A stretch of 64,000 nucleotides of DNA, taken from NCBI GenBank assembly GCA_036339735.1, contig JAYZAL010000036.1:32001-96000 (forward strand), given 5' to 3'. The position numbers and the translations under genes are program-made. Origin of the DNA: Candidatus Poribacteria bacterium. GTDB taxonomy: Bacteria; Poribacteria; WGA-4E; UBA9662. The notes beneath the pieces are model-generated. The model did not search any database. It had not been told where the DNA came from and worked only from the letters and a program-made list of their open reading frames with translations. How positions within the stretch are numbered: the first letter of the stretch is position 1; each line of letters opens with the position of its first letter. Shown here piece by piece: positions 9,501 to 19,212 of this stretch.

Positions 9501-11551
9501 GTTGAACCATGAAAATTTTCTAGTGGTGTAAATGTAGCCAAGCCAGTATCTTTATCAATCGTTATATCGACGTCTTCATTAGCTAAGGCGAACCATTCTG
9601 TAATTGCATCAGGGTGAATTTTGTTGAGGAAAAGCTTTAGATCTAAAGTGAAGGGGGTTTCTTCCAAAACCTGATCGTTAGTCAATTGTGTACTGAAGTC
9701 CTTGGGTAGTTTAACACCATTGGTGGGCTGAGGTAATGGTGATGGGAGCTCAAAATCGAATAGTGTGGGCGCCTTTTCTTTAACCTCGATTGGTTGATCA
9801 ATGACATACGGAATCAAAAAACCATCAGAATCAATCAGTTTAGCATCGATGATTTCAATAGCTGAGGTTTTGACTGCTAAAACTTCAAAGGTCAAATAAG
9901 CCAAGTTAGGCTCCTCTATATCACTAGCTTCACCTGTAGCCGAAACTAATACTCGACCTTTTTCTGCTAGTGGCTGTGAGAAACTTTCACTAATCACCTG
10001 CTCCCCATTTTTGGTTTCGACAAATTTCAGTGATTCTGGGTCGAACTGAATTAACAACTGGTACTCGCTAATTAAATCTGCGTCTAGGACATAACTCATA
10101 ATTTCAAATTTCTGCCCGATTCCGGGAGATACAATACTGAGGCCAAAATCAGTTTCTAAGGCTATCAAAGGAAGAAACCCAACAATAACTTCGATCACCA
10201 TCGGCTTGCTCCGTTCTCGTCCGGTACCAATCAATTTTTGGTCGATTGCAACTAACTCAAAATAACCTTCTCCTTCGTCAGAGATGGCCTCTATCGTAAT
10301 TTCGTTACCTTCAACCAAAATTTCCGCCACATCTACTAAGGTATTCTCTGTAATCTCCCACTTAACTTGATCTCTAGGCAAGGGATCAGCCAATAAAGGG
10401 TTGATGACTTGAAAATTACTTAATTCTGGGTCTAAATACAATGGATCAAGAGGTAAAATTTGCGGAGATTTAGCTAATGTGTGATCAATAGTTAAGGGCA
10501 CTGAAGATAACGAGATATTGGTACCAAGCAAAGCATATAATTGATAGCTGCCGTTGGGTAGCTCAGATGTTGACCATTCCCATACTTTATCTGAAACAGG
10601 TATGGGTTTTTGAGTCAAAGCTGCTAATTTGCCGGCGAAAGCATATGCAAGAGTAATGTTTTGACCATCTAGGGCTGGTCCTACCTCCCATTCGACTGAG
10701 ACAATATCGTTGAAGGCTTGGTTAGGCGATGGTGAAATGAAAATCAAGTTTTTGAGCTGGAATGATACGGCTGCAACCGTCAATACCTCACCGTTAACTA
10801 TAGACATAGCTTCAATTGTGTAATCACCGCTGGGAAAGAATTTAGCCTGTTTGATAGTATCAAGTGCCAAGTCCAGTTTTCCGTCATCGGTCAAAGACGA
10901 TTTAGCTAACAGCCGCTTTTTTCCCCCATTGACTGTGTAAACGATTTGGAGCGTTTGGCCGACCCAATCCTCCCCATATTCTACCCGCAGCGGTATGTTA
11001 CCACTTAGTTGAGATTGGTTAGAGGGAGATGTAAATAGAATTAATTTGGGAGGTTTTTCTGCAGGCAGGACAACTTGCCCAGATTGTCCGACAGTGGGTA
11101 CAGGTTTGGAAATGCCATTTTCACCAGCGATCCCTGATAGCGAAGGGGAAACTAGTTTAAGGACGGATGGTTGAAAACTCAATACTTTAAATTGTATTTG
11201 AGCTAGAATGCCAGTTGTTTTATTTGTCGGTTTTCCGAATGCAGTAGCAAAGTAAGTAATAGCCCCGATTTGTTTCCCTGCGAGTTGAGAAAACGGTGGT
11301 TTAGGAGAATCCGGTAGAAAATCTCCCAGTTGAACCTCAATAAACTCTAGAGCAACCTGATCATAAAGCAAGGTAAACTGAAAACCCATCACTTGCTCGG
11401 CTTTATCGACTTTGACTTGAACCGTCAAGGTTTGTCCAATCTGAGGCAACTCGCTTGATGGAGGGTCGATAGAAATGACAGCTTGAGACCAAACTAAGGA
11501 TGGTAGAAACACCAAAAACTGCCAAAACCATCTTTTTTTCCACAAAATCAA
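6584..11551 (-). CDS. Large secreted surface protein: two cohesin-like domains, cadherin/tandem-95-like repeats, SH3-like domain, C-terminal T9SS type-B/FlgD-like domain
   Basis: Signal peptide; GFQFTLLYD..L..V..GDFL cohesin pattern twice; repeated P..NFHG/WHG..I.V.D units; C-terminal WNGKD..G..LPSGAYFY. Confidence 0.7.
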   Translation of the reverse strand: MILWKKRWFWQFLVFLPSLVWSQAVISIDPPSSELPQIGQTLTVQVKVDKAEQVMGFQFTLLYDQVALEFIEVQLGDFLPDSPKPPFSQLAGKQIGAITYFATAFGKPTNKTTGILAQIQFKVLSFQPSVLKLVSPSLSGIAGENGISKPVPTVGQSGQVVLPAEKPPKLILFTSPSNQSQLSGNIPLRVEYGEDWVGQTLQIVYTVNGGKKRLLAKSSLTDDGKLDLALDTIKQAKFFPSGDYTIEAMSIVNGEVLTVAAVSFQLKNLIFISPSPNQAFNDIVSVEWEVGPALDGQNITLAYAFAGKLAALTQKPIPVSDKVWEWSTSELPNGSYQLYALLGTNISLSSVPLTIDHTLAKSPQILPLDPLYLDPELSNFQVINPLLADPLPRDQVKWEITENTLVDVAEILVEGNEITIEAISDEGEGYFELVAIDQKLIGTGRERSKPMVIEVIVGFLPLIALETDFGLSIVSPGIGQKFEIMSYVLDADLISEYQLLIQFDPESLKFVETKNGEQVISESFSQPLAEKGRVLVSATGEASDIEEPNLAYLTFEVLAVKTSAIEIIDAKLIDSDGFLIPYVIDQPIEVKEKAPTLFDFELPSPLPQPTNGVKLPKDFSTQLTNDQVLEETPFTLDLKLFLNKIHPDAITEWFALANEDVDITIDKDTGLATFTPLENFHGSTVIKVGSVGKVDGKEGEVQAQAVLNVMPVAEPPLFLKQQPLVVNQGEKGEFDTDDLVFDDDQYNDELSWKVEGSEHLDAFVDIVDLKAYLIVEAKEEAWAGTEKITVTVTDRNKEIDGTENLTAIGQITITVKQTTGPPIFVVDSISFDESDKTNSPSQLTIKWQDIVGDNDPVDKLIIKIEENGVQITATNQPTKQQLTFSVSDNDWHGTEIVTISATDTDKNVTNQSIRVTVIPTAEKPRVNPAKPLRAINNLIEDQLDFKLDLSEYFLDDEDEPTRLKYSADSVDNITVKIEEHTLFLVPAPDWHSRLEATPRKISIELSVEDTEQQKLTIPVNVSVVPQPDEITFSDFNVTFEEDQTSSTNLLKLVESVDFANKQPVDAQVKFSIIKKPDQLSVTIKNGVATFSTAEPNWFTKDNEIVEFQVAERITSQSKTTARATVQVVQVLDRPVIASLKIDSTPYDEFSTRRILLNLRDPDAHWESQKVWVSAFYYVRAQNESISDSSVVSTAPSLPVTVEENFKPCVLQNMDLDTKKVEISSIDDIPMERYTRYTVAWFAGMDDLANLDQVVVLKLVVEDQENRKAETVREVRVNNTGRLTPQFKTFSTQPVDETKISVELTFQEFPTPLPNLMLLFRLNGTEVWQIATIRIPGEPASDSISLSTLGQKQQNKTEFIWDLRLSNLQQAGQYNLRLVSVSAISSAWRKFSQIVSPNVETNEIDDKNDSSSEVTNPLVRSGNANTKGSVPLFAKPEKSGQIIGYINNERITAVAKRGQWYYISSSKDFGFGYLVEGQTRGYIRSSNITLDDENNDEDEKLPPLPALRADEIVAAGPYYDQTITIDTVESLASGLICQIDPPSRIITPGLTTYNDQFIISFRSQNERSIAESEFFVYTPSGQLMYQSSQAIQQNQWWRFRWNGKDQRGYLLPSGAYFYVLTVGYTDSNNFTETERKGRLRPSSDTDVKKGVCVIAR

Positions 11552-11552
11552 T

Positions 11553-12761
11553 TTAATTTCCTAAATTGCCTTGAATTAGGCGTGCTGTCTCTCGAGCAAC
11601 AACAAATTCCTCATTTGCCGGAATGGTTAAAATTTGAACTTGGCTATGGTTCGTAGAAATTGATGTTTCACTAAGATTTTGATCATTTTTATCTAAATCA
11701 AGCTTGATACCCATATACTCTAAACCACTACAGATCAAGAAACGTGTATTGGCACTTTTTTCACCAATACCACCAGTAAAAGCTAAAACATCTATACCGC
11801 CAAGAGCCGCTACGTAAGCACCAATATACTTCTTGACACCATAGCAGTAAGTTTCAATGGCTAGTCGTGCCTGATCATTCCCATTTTCGGCAGCTGAATT
11901 TAAATCTCGCATATCACTAGCAAAACTAGAAATACCTTTTAGACCAGATTCTTCCATAAGTTGTCGTGTGACTTCAGCCGGGCTCCAACTTTCTTTCTCC
12001 ATAACATACAAAACAGCAAAAGGATCTAGATCGCCTACTCTTGTGGATTGAACTACACCACATTGGGTTGATACCCCCATTGAAGTATCGATTGATTGAC
12101 CATTTTTGATTGCGGTAACAGATGAACTTCCTCCCAAATGACAAGAAACAATCCGCAGGTTAGTCGCAGAACGTTTTAGAACTTGTGGTACACGCTCCGA
12201 TACCCAACGATGAGAAGCTCCATGGAAGCCGTAGCGCCGAATCTGATGTTTCTCAAGCCAGTACCTAGGAATACCAAACTCATAGGCATAATCAGGTATC
12301 GATTGGTGGAACCAAGTCTCCATCACCGCAACCAATGGAATTTTCGGAAGGATTTTCTGAAAGGAACGAATTGCAGCTAAATAGGCTCTATTATGCAAGG
12401 GAGCCAGAGGAATATAAGCTTCCAAAGCCTGAATGACCGATTGATCAATGATCGCGGACTGCCAAATATCTTTAGCAAAAACAGTTTTAAATCCGATTCC
12501 ATCAATTTGCCCAAAATCTGGCATAAGACTAACGCAGTGTTCAATCGCCTCCAAATGACTTGGTGCACTAAGTTTTCCTTCAATCGAAACGGGTTTGCCG
12601 TCTACATAATTAGTATGATGAAAGTAAGACGTTGGATCTCCAATTCTTTCTACTGAGCCGCTAAACTGAAATGAAATATCGCTAGCAGATCCCAGCCAGT
12701 TACCAGTTAACAACTGGTACTTGAGTGAAGTGCTACCAACGTTAACAGATAAAATTTTCAT
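11553..12761 (-). CDS. ackA: Acetate/propionate kinase family protein
   Basis: NVGSTSLKYQL, LAPLHN, RRYGFHGASH, CHLGGSSS, FTGGIGE, IPANEE. Confidence 0.9.
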   Translation of the reverse strand: MKILSVNVGSTSLKYQLLTGNWLGSASDISFQFSGSVERIGDPTSYFHHTNYVDGKPVSIEGKLSAPSHLEAIEHCVSLMPDFGQIDGIGFKTVFAKDIWQSAIIDQSVIQALEAYIPLAPLHNRAYLAAIRSFQKILPKIPLVAVMETWFHQSIPDYAYEFGIPRYWLEKHQIRRYGFHGASHRWVSERVPQVLKRSATNLRIVSCHLGGSSSVTAIKNGQSIDTSMGVSTQCGVVQSTRVGDLDPFAVLYVMEKESWSPAEVTRQLMEESGLKGISSFASDMRDLNSAAENGNDQARLAIETYCYGVKKYIGAYVAALGGIDVLAFTGGIGEKSANTRFLICSGLEYMGIKLDLDKNDQNLSETSISTNHSQVQILTIPANEEFVVARETARLIQGNLGN

Positions 12762-12796
12762 TTTCGGCAGTTTCTAATTTGTCCGTTTTTATATTG

Positions 12797-13639
12797 TCAA
12801 CGACTGGTAATTGAAGTCAATTTAATTTTCGAAGTTATCTCTTGCACTACAGACTTAGGTTGAGAGGTTGTGGTCGGTTGTTGCAATTCATAAACTGAGT
12901 CTGAAATTGAGTCCTTGTTCGATTCCAACCCACCGTAAGTAGTAATTGGATCCGTATTTGGTAAATTGGCACGATAACGATTAAAAATTGTAAAACGCGG
13001 ATATTCTGCAGTCCATCGTCTCGCACCGTGAAACAGTGCTTCAGTAAAAATCACACAATCACCTGACTGAACAGGTAAGTTAATAACAGTGGGAGAACTA
13101 TCGTAAATCGACACAAGAGTCCTATCAGGATTATTGGTCTGAGAAGGTGGTGAGAAATTCCGTTTATGGCTTCCCAGTAAACAAACAAAACCTGTCTCGG
13201 CAGGAACATCTACCAAAGAGATAGCCGCATTCAAAAAACCTGCAAAGGGCTCCCCATCAATAATTCGGTAATCTTGACCCGAAGCATGAAAGTGAATGTC
13301 ATCTGAGGTGCGATAATTTTTGGTCAGAGCCGTATCTACTAACACTGGATATTGGTGTGTTAATGCAATAATAATCCGCATAATTTCGGGATTTAGTACT
13401 AACCGCTGAAAGACTGGGTCGCCATACTGAATATGATTGATCCAACGAGCAATAGTCTTTGAATAATCAGGGTGTGTGTCAGCAGTGGAAGTAAGTGGGT
13501 GAGGTAACTCATCGAGAGGCAGATTGTGCCAATAGTTACCTAGTTCTAGCATTCGTTCGATATCCTCAGGCGAAACAACTTTGGGCAAAACAATGAAACC
13601 ATGATGATCAAAGTACCATTTTTCTTGTTCTGTCAGCAT
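12797..13639 (-). CDS. PhyH family dioxygenase
   Basis: MLTEQEKWYFDHHGFIVL, GFVCLLGSHKRNF, GDCVIFTEALFHG. Confidence 0.75.
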   Translation of the reverse strand: MLTEQEKWYFDHHGFIVLPKVVSPEDIERMLELGNYWHNLPLDELPHPLTSTADTHPDYSKTIARWINHIQYGDPVFQRLVLNPEIMRIIIALTHQYPVLVDTALTKNYRTSDDIHFHASGQDYRIIDGEPFAGFLNAAISLVDVPAETGFVCLLGSHKRNFSPPSQTNNPDRTLVSIYDSSPTVINLPVQSGDCVIFTEALFHGARRWTAEYPRFTIFNRYRANLPNTDPITTYGGLESNKDSISDSVYELQQPTTTSQPKSVVQEITSKIKLTSITSR

Positions 13640-13819
13640 CTAATGTCAATCCTTCTGCTAGCTCGAGATAGTAGCACAGGATGCTTATTGCGTCAATATG
13701 GTTGAGTGTGTTTGCATTGTAGAGTCGAACTTTGTGCCCCCTGTATGCACACGAAATACTGAGTAGTAGGAATGCATACTGAAATCAACGAGACACCCGA
13801 CTTTTGTGAATGCTTGTCG

Positions 13820-16396
13820 TCATTCATAAATGAACTTATTCTCAATATAATCGACAGTAATTAAATCACCATCCCCAAATTCACCAGACAGTAGTTTAAC
13901 TGCTAATGGATTTAAAATTTGCTTTTGAATGGCGCGCCGGAGAGGTCGAGCTCCGTAGGCGGGATCATAACTTTGGTGTGCGAGTTGTTGCTTCGCATTT
14001 TGAGTTAAATTCAATTTGATTTTCCGATCCACTAATCGCTGTTGAACTTCATTTAATTCCAAATCAATAATAGTCGAAATTTCATCTAACTCTAGCCGAT
14101 TAAAGATAATAACATCATCAATCCGGTTCAAAAATTCAGGTTGAAAATGTAGTTGAAGTTCCTGTTGTATTTTGATGCTTGATTCTTCCTCAGATAATTT
14201 TGGGTCAACTAACCAATGGCTTCCAATGTTGGACGTTATAATTACTATCGTGTTACGAAAGTCGACTGTTCGTCCGTGGCTATCGGTTAGGCGACCATCG
14301 TCTAATAATTGGAGTAGCACATTAAACACTTCCGGATGTGCTTTTTCAATTTCATCCAAAAGTAATACCGAATAAGGACGACGTCTAACCGCTTCTGTGA
14401 GTTGTCCTCCTTCACCATAACCTACATATCCTGGAGGTGCGCCAATCAAGCGAGCCACCGTATGCTTCTCGGAATACTCACTCATATCTATTCGGATCAT
14501 GGAATTTTCATCACTAAACAAAAAAGTTGCTAGCGACTTGGCTAAATGTGTTTTTCCCACTCCGGTTGGCCCGAGGAAAATCAGTGAGCTAATTGGTCGA
14601 TTTTCATCCTGCAATCCGACTCGAGAACGACGAATAGCGCTGGAAACAGTCTCAATGGCAAAATTTTGTCCAATAACTGTTTCTTTTAATTTGTTTTCCA
14701 TCTGCAATAATTTCTCAACTTCACCTTCCAATATCCGAGTTACGGGAATACCAGTCCACTTGGAAACCACTTCGGCAATATCATCACTGTCAATTTTCTC
14801 CTTAAGCAATTGGTCTGACTTCTGAACCCTTTCCAGAATGGATCTAGCGTTATTTAATTGAGATTCCAAGTCAGGTAAATCTCCATACAGAATTTCTGAA
14901 GCCCGACTCAAGTTGCTAACTCTACGCGCCTGTTCTTCCTCTTGCTTAAGATTTTCGATTTGTTCCATCAGTTTTTGAATTGCTTGTAGTGTTTCTTTTT
15001 CATTTTGCCAATGCCTTTTTAATCTTTGACTTATTTCTTCCAGTTCTGATTTTTCGGTTAGTAAATTCTTTAGCCGTTCTTGAGATGCGGTATCTTCTTC
15101 TCTTTCAAGAGCTTGCCGTTCCATCTCAATTTGCAGTGCACGTCGCTCCACGTCATCAATTTCTTCTGGCACACTGTCGATTTGAATTCGTAATCTGGAA
15201 GAGGCTTCATCTACTAAATCAACTGCTTTATCAGGCAGAAATCGATCCGAAATATATCGGTTAGAGAGTGTTGCAGCAGCAATTATAGCATTGTCGGTGA
15301 TCTGGATTCCGTGATGTGTCTCGTAACGTTCTTTTAATCCCCTCAAAATAGCAATGGTGTCTTCAACCGATGGCTCATCCACTGAAATTGGTTGAAAGCG
15401 TCTCTCCAAGGCTGCATCTTTCTCGATATGTTGGCGAAACTCGTCCAAAGTAGTGGCACCAATACATCGAAGTTCGCCACGAGCTAAAGCAGGTTTTAAC
15501 ATGTTTGAAGCATCGACGGCTCCTTCTGCGGCTCCAGCCCCAACGATAGTGTGGAGTTCGTCGATGAAAATAATGACCTCACCATCCGAATCCTCGACCT
15601 CTCTTAGGACGGCTTTGAGTCGATCTTCGAATTCCCCTCTATACTTAGCTCCAGCAAGCATGGCACCTAAGTCTAAAACGATTAATCGCTTTCGTCTTAG
15701 TGTTTCTGGAACATCACCATTGACAATGCGCTGGGCTAAACCTTCGGCTATTGCCGTCTTACCAACACCAGGTTCACCAATTAAAACTGGATTATTTTTT
15801 CTGCGACGAGAAAGAACTTGCATTACGCGACGAATTTCATCATCCCTACCAATTACAGGATCTAGGTTTCCAAAAATTGCTGATTGTGTTAAATCGTGAC
15901 CAAACTTGGATAATGCTTGATATCGGTCTTCAGCATTAGGATCTGTTGCTCTTTGATCTCCTCTAATAAATTCTAGAGCTTTCAGGATACGTTTTTTTGT
16001 TGCTCCATGTTTTTTCAAAACTTTAGCCGCAGTACTAGTATTTTCATCTACTAATCCAATAAGCAGATGCTCAGTGCTAGTGTATTCGTCTTTAAGATTT
16101 ATAGCAGATTTAAAAGACAAATCTAATACTTTCGTCAGCGTGTTAGATGGAGAGATTTCGGTCGCTGCTCCTTTGGCAATGGGTAGTTGTCCTATTGTTT
16201 TATCTACATCAGCTTGTAGTACATTTATTTCTACCCCCACTTTTTGTAGAATAGGTTTCACAATTCCGTCTTCTTGCTTAATCAAAGCTGATAAGAGGTG
16301 ATTTGGTGAGATTTCTGGATTTTGGTATTCATTGGATAATTTATTTGCAGATTCAATAGCTTCTTGCGCTTTAAAAGTTAGATGGTTATGTTTCAT
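13820..16396 (-). CDS. clpB: ATP-dependent disaggregase ClpB
   Basis: Two AAA modules ([16 protein letters not shown]), coiled-coil middle domain, [16 protein letters not shown]; 858 aa. Confidence 0.97.
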   Translation of the reverse strand: MKHNHLTFKAQEAIESANKLSNEYQNPEISPNHLLSALIKQEDGIVKPILQKVGVEINVLQADVDKTIGQLPIAKGAATEISPSNTLTKVLDLSFKSAINLKDEYTSTEHLLIGLVDENTSTAAKVLKKHGATKKRILKALEFIRGDQRATDPNAEDRYQALSKFGHDLTQSAIFGNLDPVIGRDDEIRRVMQVLSRRRKNNPVLIGEPGVGKTAIAEGLAQRIVNGDVPETLRRKRLIVLDLGAMLAGAKYRGEFEDRLKAVLREVEDSDGEVIIFIDELHTIVGAGAAEGAVDASNMLKPALARGELRCIGATTLDEFRQHIEKDAALERRFQPISVDEPSVEDTIAILRGLKERYETHHGIQITDNAIIAAATLSNRYISDRFLPDKAVDLVDEASSRLRIQIDSVPEEIDDVERRALQIEMERQALEREEDTASQERLKNLLTEKSELEEISQRLKRHWQNEKETLQAIQKLMEQIENLKQEEEQARRVSNLSRASEILYGDLPDLESQLNNARSILERVQKSDQLLKEKIDSDDIAEVVSKWTGIPVTRILEGEVEKLLQMENKLKETVIGQNFAIETVSSAIRRSRVGLQDENRPISSLIFLGPTGVGKTHLAKSLATFLFSDENSMIRIDMSEYSEKHTVARLIGAPPGYVGYGEGGQLTEAVRRRPYSVLLLDEIEKAHPEVFNVLLQLLDDGRLTDSHGRTVDFRNTIVIITSNIGSHWLVDPKLSEEESSIKIQQELQLHFQPEFLNRIDDVIIFNRLELDEISTIIDLELNEVQQRLVDRKIKLNLTQNAKQQLAHQSYDPAYGARPLRRAIQKQILNPLAVKLLSGEFGDGDLITVDYIENKFIYE

Positions 16397-16538
16397 TTTT
16401 TCTCTTCAGTAAATGGTGGTGTGAGTGCACAATATTATTATTTTGGGTCTAAAAGTCCTACACGAAGGTTTGTAGTCTTGCTAACCACGCTCAGCAAGAT
16501 TGATACCAACAGACTGCTCTGCTAAAATTGTAGTTCTA

Positions 16539-18803
16539 ATGATTAACCAACGAATAATACTTTTCCGGCGTCTAGACTATCAGATTAGTCTTCTAGTATT
16601 TACCATCCTAGGATTGATCTTAGCCAATTTGTCGTTGGCCAATCTACTAGGCTATGAATTTTGTGCCATTTTGGCAGTTGCTATTTCATTTGTTGCTCCA
16701 TACCTAACAATTCGATGGATGAAAGACTATCCAACTGCTGATTTATACAGCCTATTCAGGGCTTTCTTCATTCATAATTGGATCTTACAAATTCCTCCTG
16801 TTATCGTAATTACTCTTAACGCGCTTCGGGTTAAAAACTGCAATTTTTCAAATGGTATTCTTCTTTTCTTATTACTACCAACCATCAGTTGCCTGCACGC
16901 AGTAACAGCAGGCTTATTCTTTGGGGCGAAATTTGATCGGTCCAACTATACAAAGTACTTATGTTATATTGCTGCTAGCTACATACTTTTATTGAAAAAT
17001 ATCATTCTGGACCCACCTATCTTTGCTTACCACGCAACTTTCGGTTACTTTCCAGGCCCAATTTATGACGAAAAGATTCCAATTACGAAAACGCTAATCT
17101 GGGCTAGAATTTCAACGGTCGTGCTTAGCCTAATTTTTCTATATTTGGCAAATCGGTCCTGGGCCAAATTGACAGCTCACAAACTAAATGCATACAGAGT
17201 GAGTAAAGGGATTTGGAATAGACGACCATTTTTTATCGCTTTGGTATGCGTTCTAGGAGCTTTTTATGTGTTTCGTGGGCCACTTGGTATTCGGCCCACC
17301 CGAAACTACATCGAGGAGAAATTAGGTGGGGAAAAAGAAACTGACCATTTTGTAATTTTCTACCAAAAAGGATCTATAGTAGAACAAGAAATTGAAGCTA
17401 TTGCCGCGGACCATGAATTCCGCTATAAACAATTATCAGAGTACCTTCAGACAAAACCGAAACAAAAGATTCGATCCTATATTTACACTTCAGCACAACA
17501 AAAAAAACAACTGATGGGAGCTGAACATACTGCAGTCGAAGATCCGTTTGGCTATGGGTTTCATATCAACTATGCTCCCTTCCCACATCCAATTCTTATG
17601 CACGAAATGGCACATGTCTTCACTATTGATTGGCAACCTCTACTCAAAGTGAGTCCCCGTCTAGGTTTACACGAAGGCATTGCAGTTGCTGCAGAATGGA
17701 ATGAAGGAAGGCTAACAGCTCACCAATGGAGCCAAGCCATGAATGAAGTAGGTATTGCTCCTTCTATTAAGCAGATTATGGGTTTTGGTTTTTGGCTACA
17801 TTCAAGCCAGCAGAGTTATACCTTAGCTGGCTCTTTCGTCCGCTATTTGGTAGACCAATACGGTATAGAAAAGTTCAAGCAGGTTTTTCGTTGGGGGAAT
17901 TTTGAAGACGTCTATGATCAAAGCTTGAGTAGTTTAGAGTCAGAATGGCGATTTTTTTTATCTTCTGTAAAATTGAGTGAATTGGACAAAAAAATCGCCC
18001 AGAATCGTTTTCAATCCCCTAGTATTTTTCAAAAAGCCTGCGTTCATGAAATTGCTGATTTGTCCGCCCAAGCTTGGTCTGCTTACAACGAAGCTGATTA
18101 TCTTCGCGCAGAACAACTATTTCAACGTATTAACCAACATATACCGAATCACCCTAAACATCTACGTGGTTCAATGCTTAGCTTTTATCAACAATCTAAA
18201 TTTAAAGTAGCATATAGAATCGCAGTTCAGATTATCTCCCATACTAAATCAACTTTAGCCTTGAAAGCAGAAGCAGAAAATTTAATTGGAAACATGTATT
18301 GGAAACAAGGAAAAATCGAATTTGCTCTTAAATACTATCAATCGGTAGCAGAAAGTATGATAAGTGAAAGGTTAAAACGCGAAGCTATCGCTAAAATTGA
18401 TTGTTTGACAAAGTTAGAAAACCCAATCAAACTACGTTCAGTATTATTAGACGATATACCTGATCGCCTACGGATGACGTTTCTTCACGAAGTTCGCTAT
18501 GAGATGTCGGATTGGCCTTTAGCTGACTATTTAATTGGTCGTCAACTCTACTTGGATAGTTCAATCAAAAAGGGCATCCAATATTTGTCGTTTGCTGTTT
18601 CTGATGCCACTCTTCACCCTATTTTTCGTAGCGAAGCTAATCGGATGATGGGTCAAGGAGCCTATGAGCTTAAAGAATTTGGATTTGCTCGTGAGAAATT
18701 TGAACAAATGTTACTGGATGAGACTTTATCGGACGGAAAAAGACTAATAATCGAGGACTGGGTTAATCGTTGTGATTGGCACCATCTTAGCCTGAAACCT
18801 TAG
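16539..18803 (+). CDS. Multi-pass membrane protein with gluzincin (HEXXH) metallopeptidase domain and TPR repeats
   Basis: Several hydrophobic helices in the N-terminal third, HEMAH..EGIA, SYTLAGSFVRYL, TPR-like C-terminus; start 16539 or 16500. Confidence 0.65.
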   Translation: MINQRIILFRRLDYQISLLVFTILGLILANLSLANLLGYEFCAILAVAISFVAPYLTIRWMKDYPTADLYSLFRAFFIHNWILQIPPVIVITLNALRVKNCNFSNGILLFLLLPTISCLHAVTAGLFFGAKFDRSNYTKYLCYIAASYILLLKNIILDPPIFAYHATFGYFPGPIYDEKIPITKTLIWARISTVVLSLIFLYLANRSWAKLTAHKLNAYRVSKGIWNRRPFFIALVCVLGAFYVFRGPLGIRPTRNYIEEKLGGEKETDHFVIFYQKGSIVEQEIEAIAADHEFRYKQLSEYLQTKPKQKIRSYIYTSAQQKKQLMGAEHTAVEDPFGYGFHINYAPFPHPILMHEMAHVFTIDWQPLLKVSPRLGLHEGIAVAAEWNEGRLTAHQWSQAMNEVGIAPSIKQIMGFGFWLHSSQQSYTLAGSFVRYLVDQYGIEKFKQVFRWGNFEDVYDQSLSSLESEWRFFLSSVKLSELDKKIAQNRFQSPSIFQKACVHEIADLSAQAWSAYNEADYLRAEQLFQRINQHIPNHPKHLRGSMLSFYQQSKFKVAYRIAVQIISHTKSTLALKAEAENLIGNMYWKQGKIEFALKYYQSVAESMISERLKREAIAKIDCLTKLENPIKLRSVLLDDIPDRLRMTFLHEVRYEMSDWPLADYLIGRQLYLDSSIKKGIQYLSFAVSDATLHPIFRSEANRMMGQGAYELKEFGFAREKFEQMLLDETLSDGKRLIIEDWVNRCDWHHLSLKP

Positions 18804-19212
18804 TGAGGCTATTTTTAATCAAAATTGGAGGCTATAAAGTTTTCAAGAGCTTTGTTTGACATCTTTTTCGTTTGAGCTAAAAAATAGCCCTTCACCTACA
18901 ATGAAGAATTATTTCGATTCCTAGTGTGTTACGATTTGGAGATAACTGAATAACCTGTGGGTATGGTATTTTGGTAGCTACATAATAACGATGAAGATCT
19001 GTTAACTTAGGACCTCCATTATTCTTAATAGATATAATTAGCAAATCCACCAAATTAGATAGTTACCAAAATGGAATCGATGGATATGAGTCGACTGTAT
19101 TCTCAGAAAAAACAAGTTATCTATACAAGTAATACTAATCAAACACTAAAAGATTCGTTATTTGGGAATTCCCTGTTAGCCAAGTAGTCGTAAAAGTCTA
19201 AGTAGAAATTTA

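Noticed and set aside
13640-13819. Intergenic region after clpB checked for tRNA or riboswitch
   Set aside because: No cloverleaf, T-loop or recognisable aptamer; only short weak stems
14172-16301. Several plus-strand ORFs of 60-148 aa inside clpB (similar cases inside infB, nusA, pnp, trkA, degP)
   Set aside because: Antisense shadows of conserved genes with no recognisable motifs
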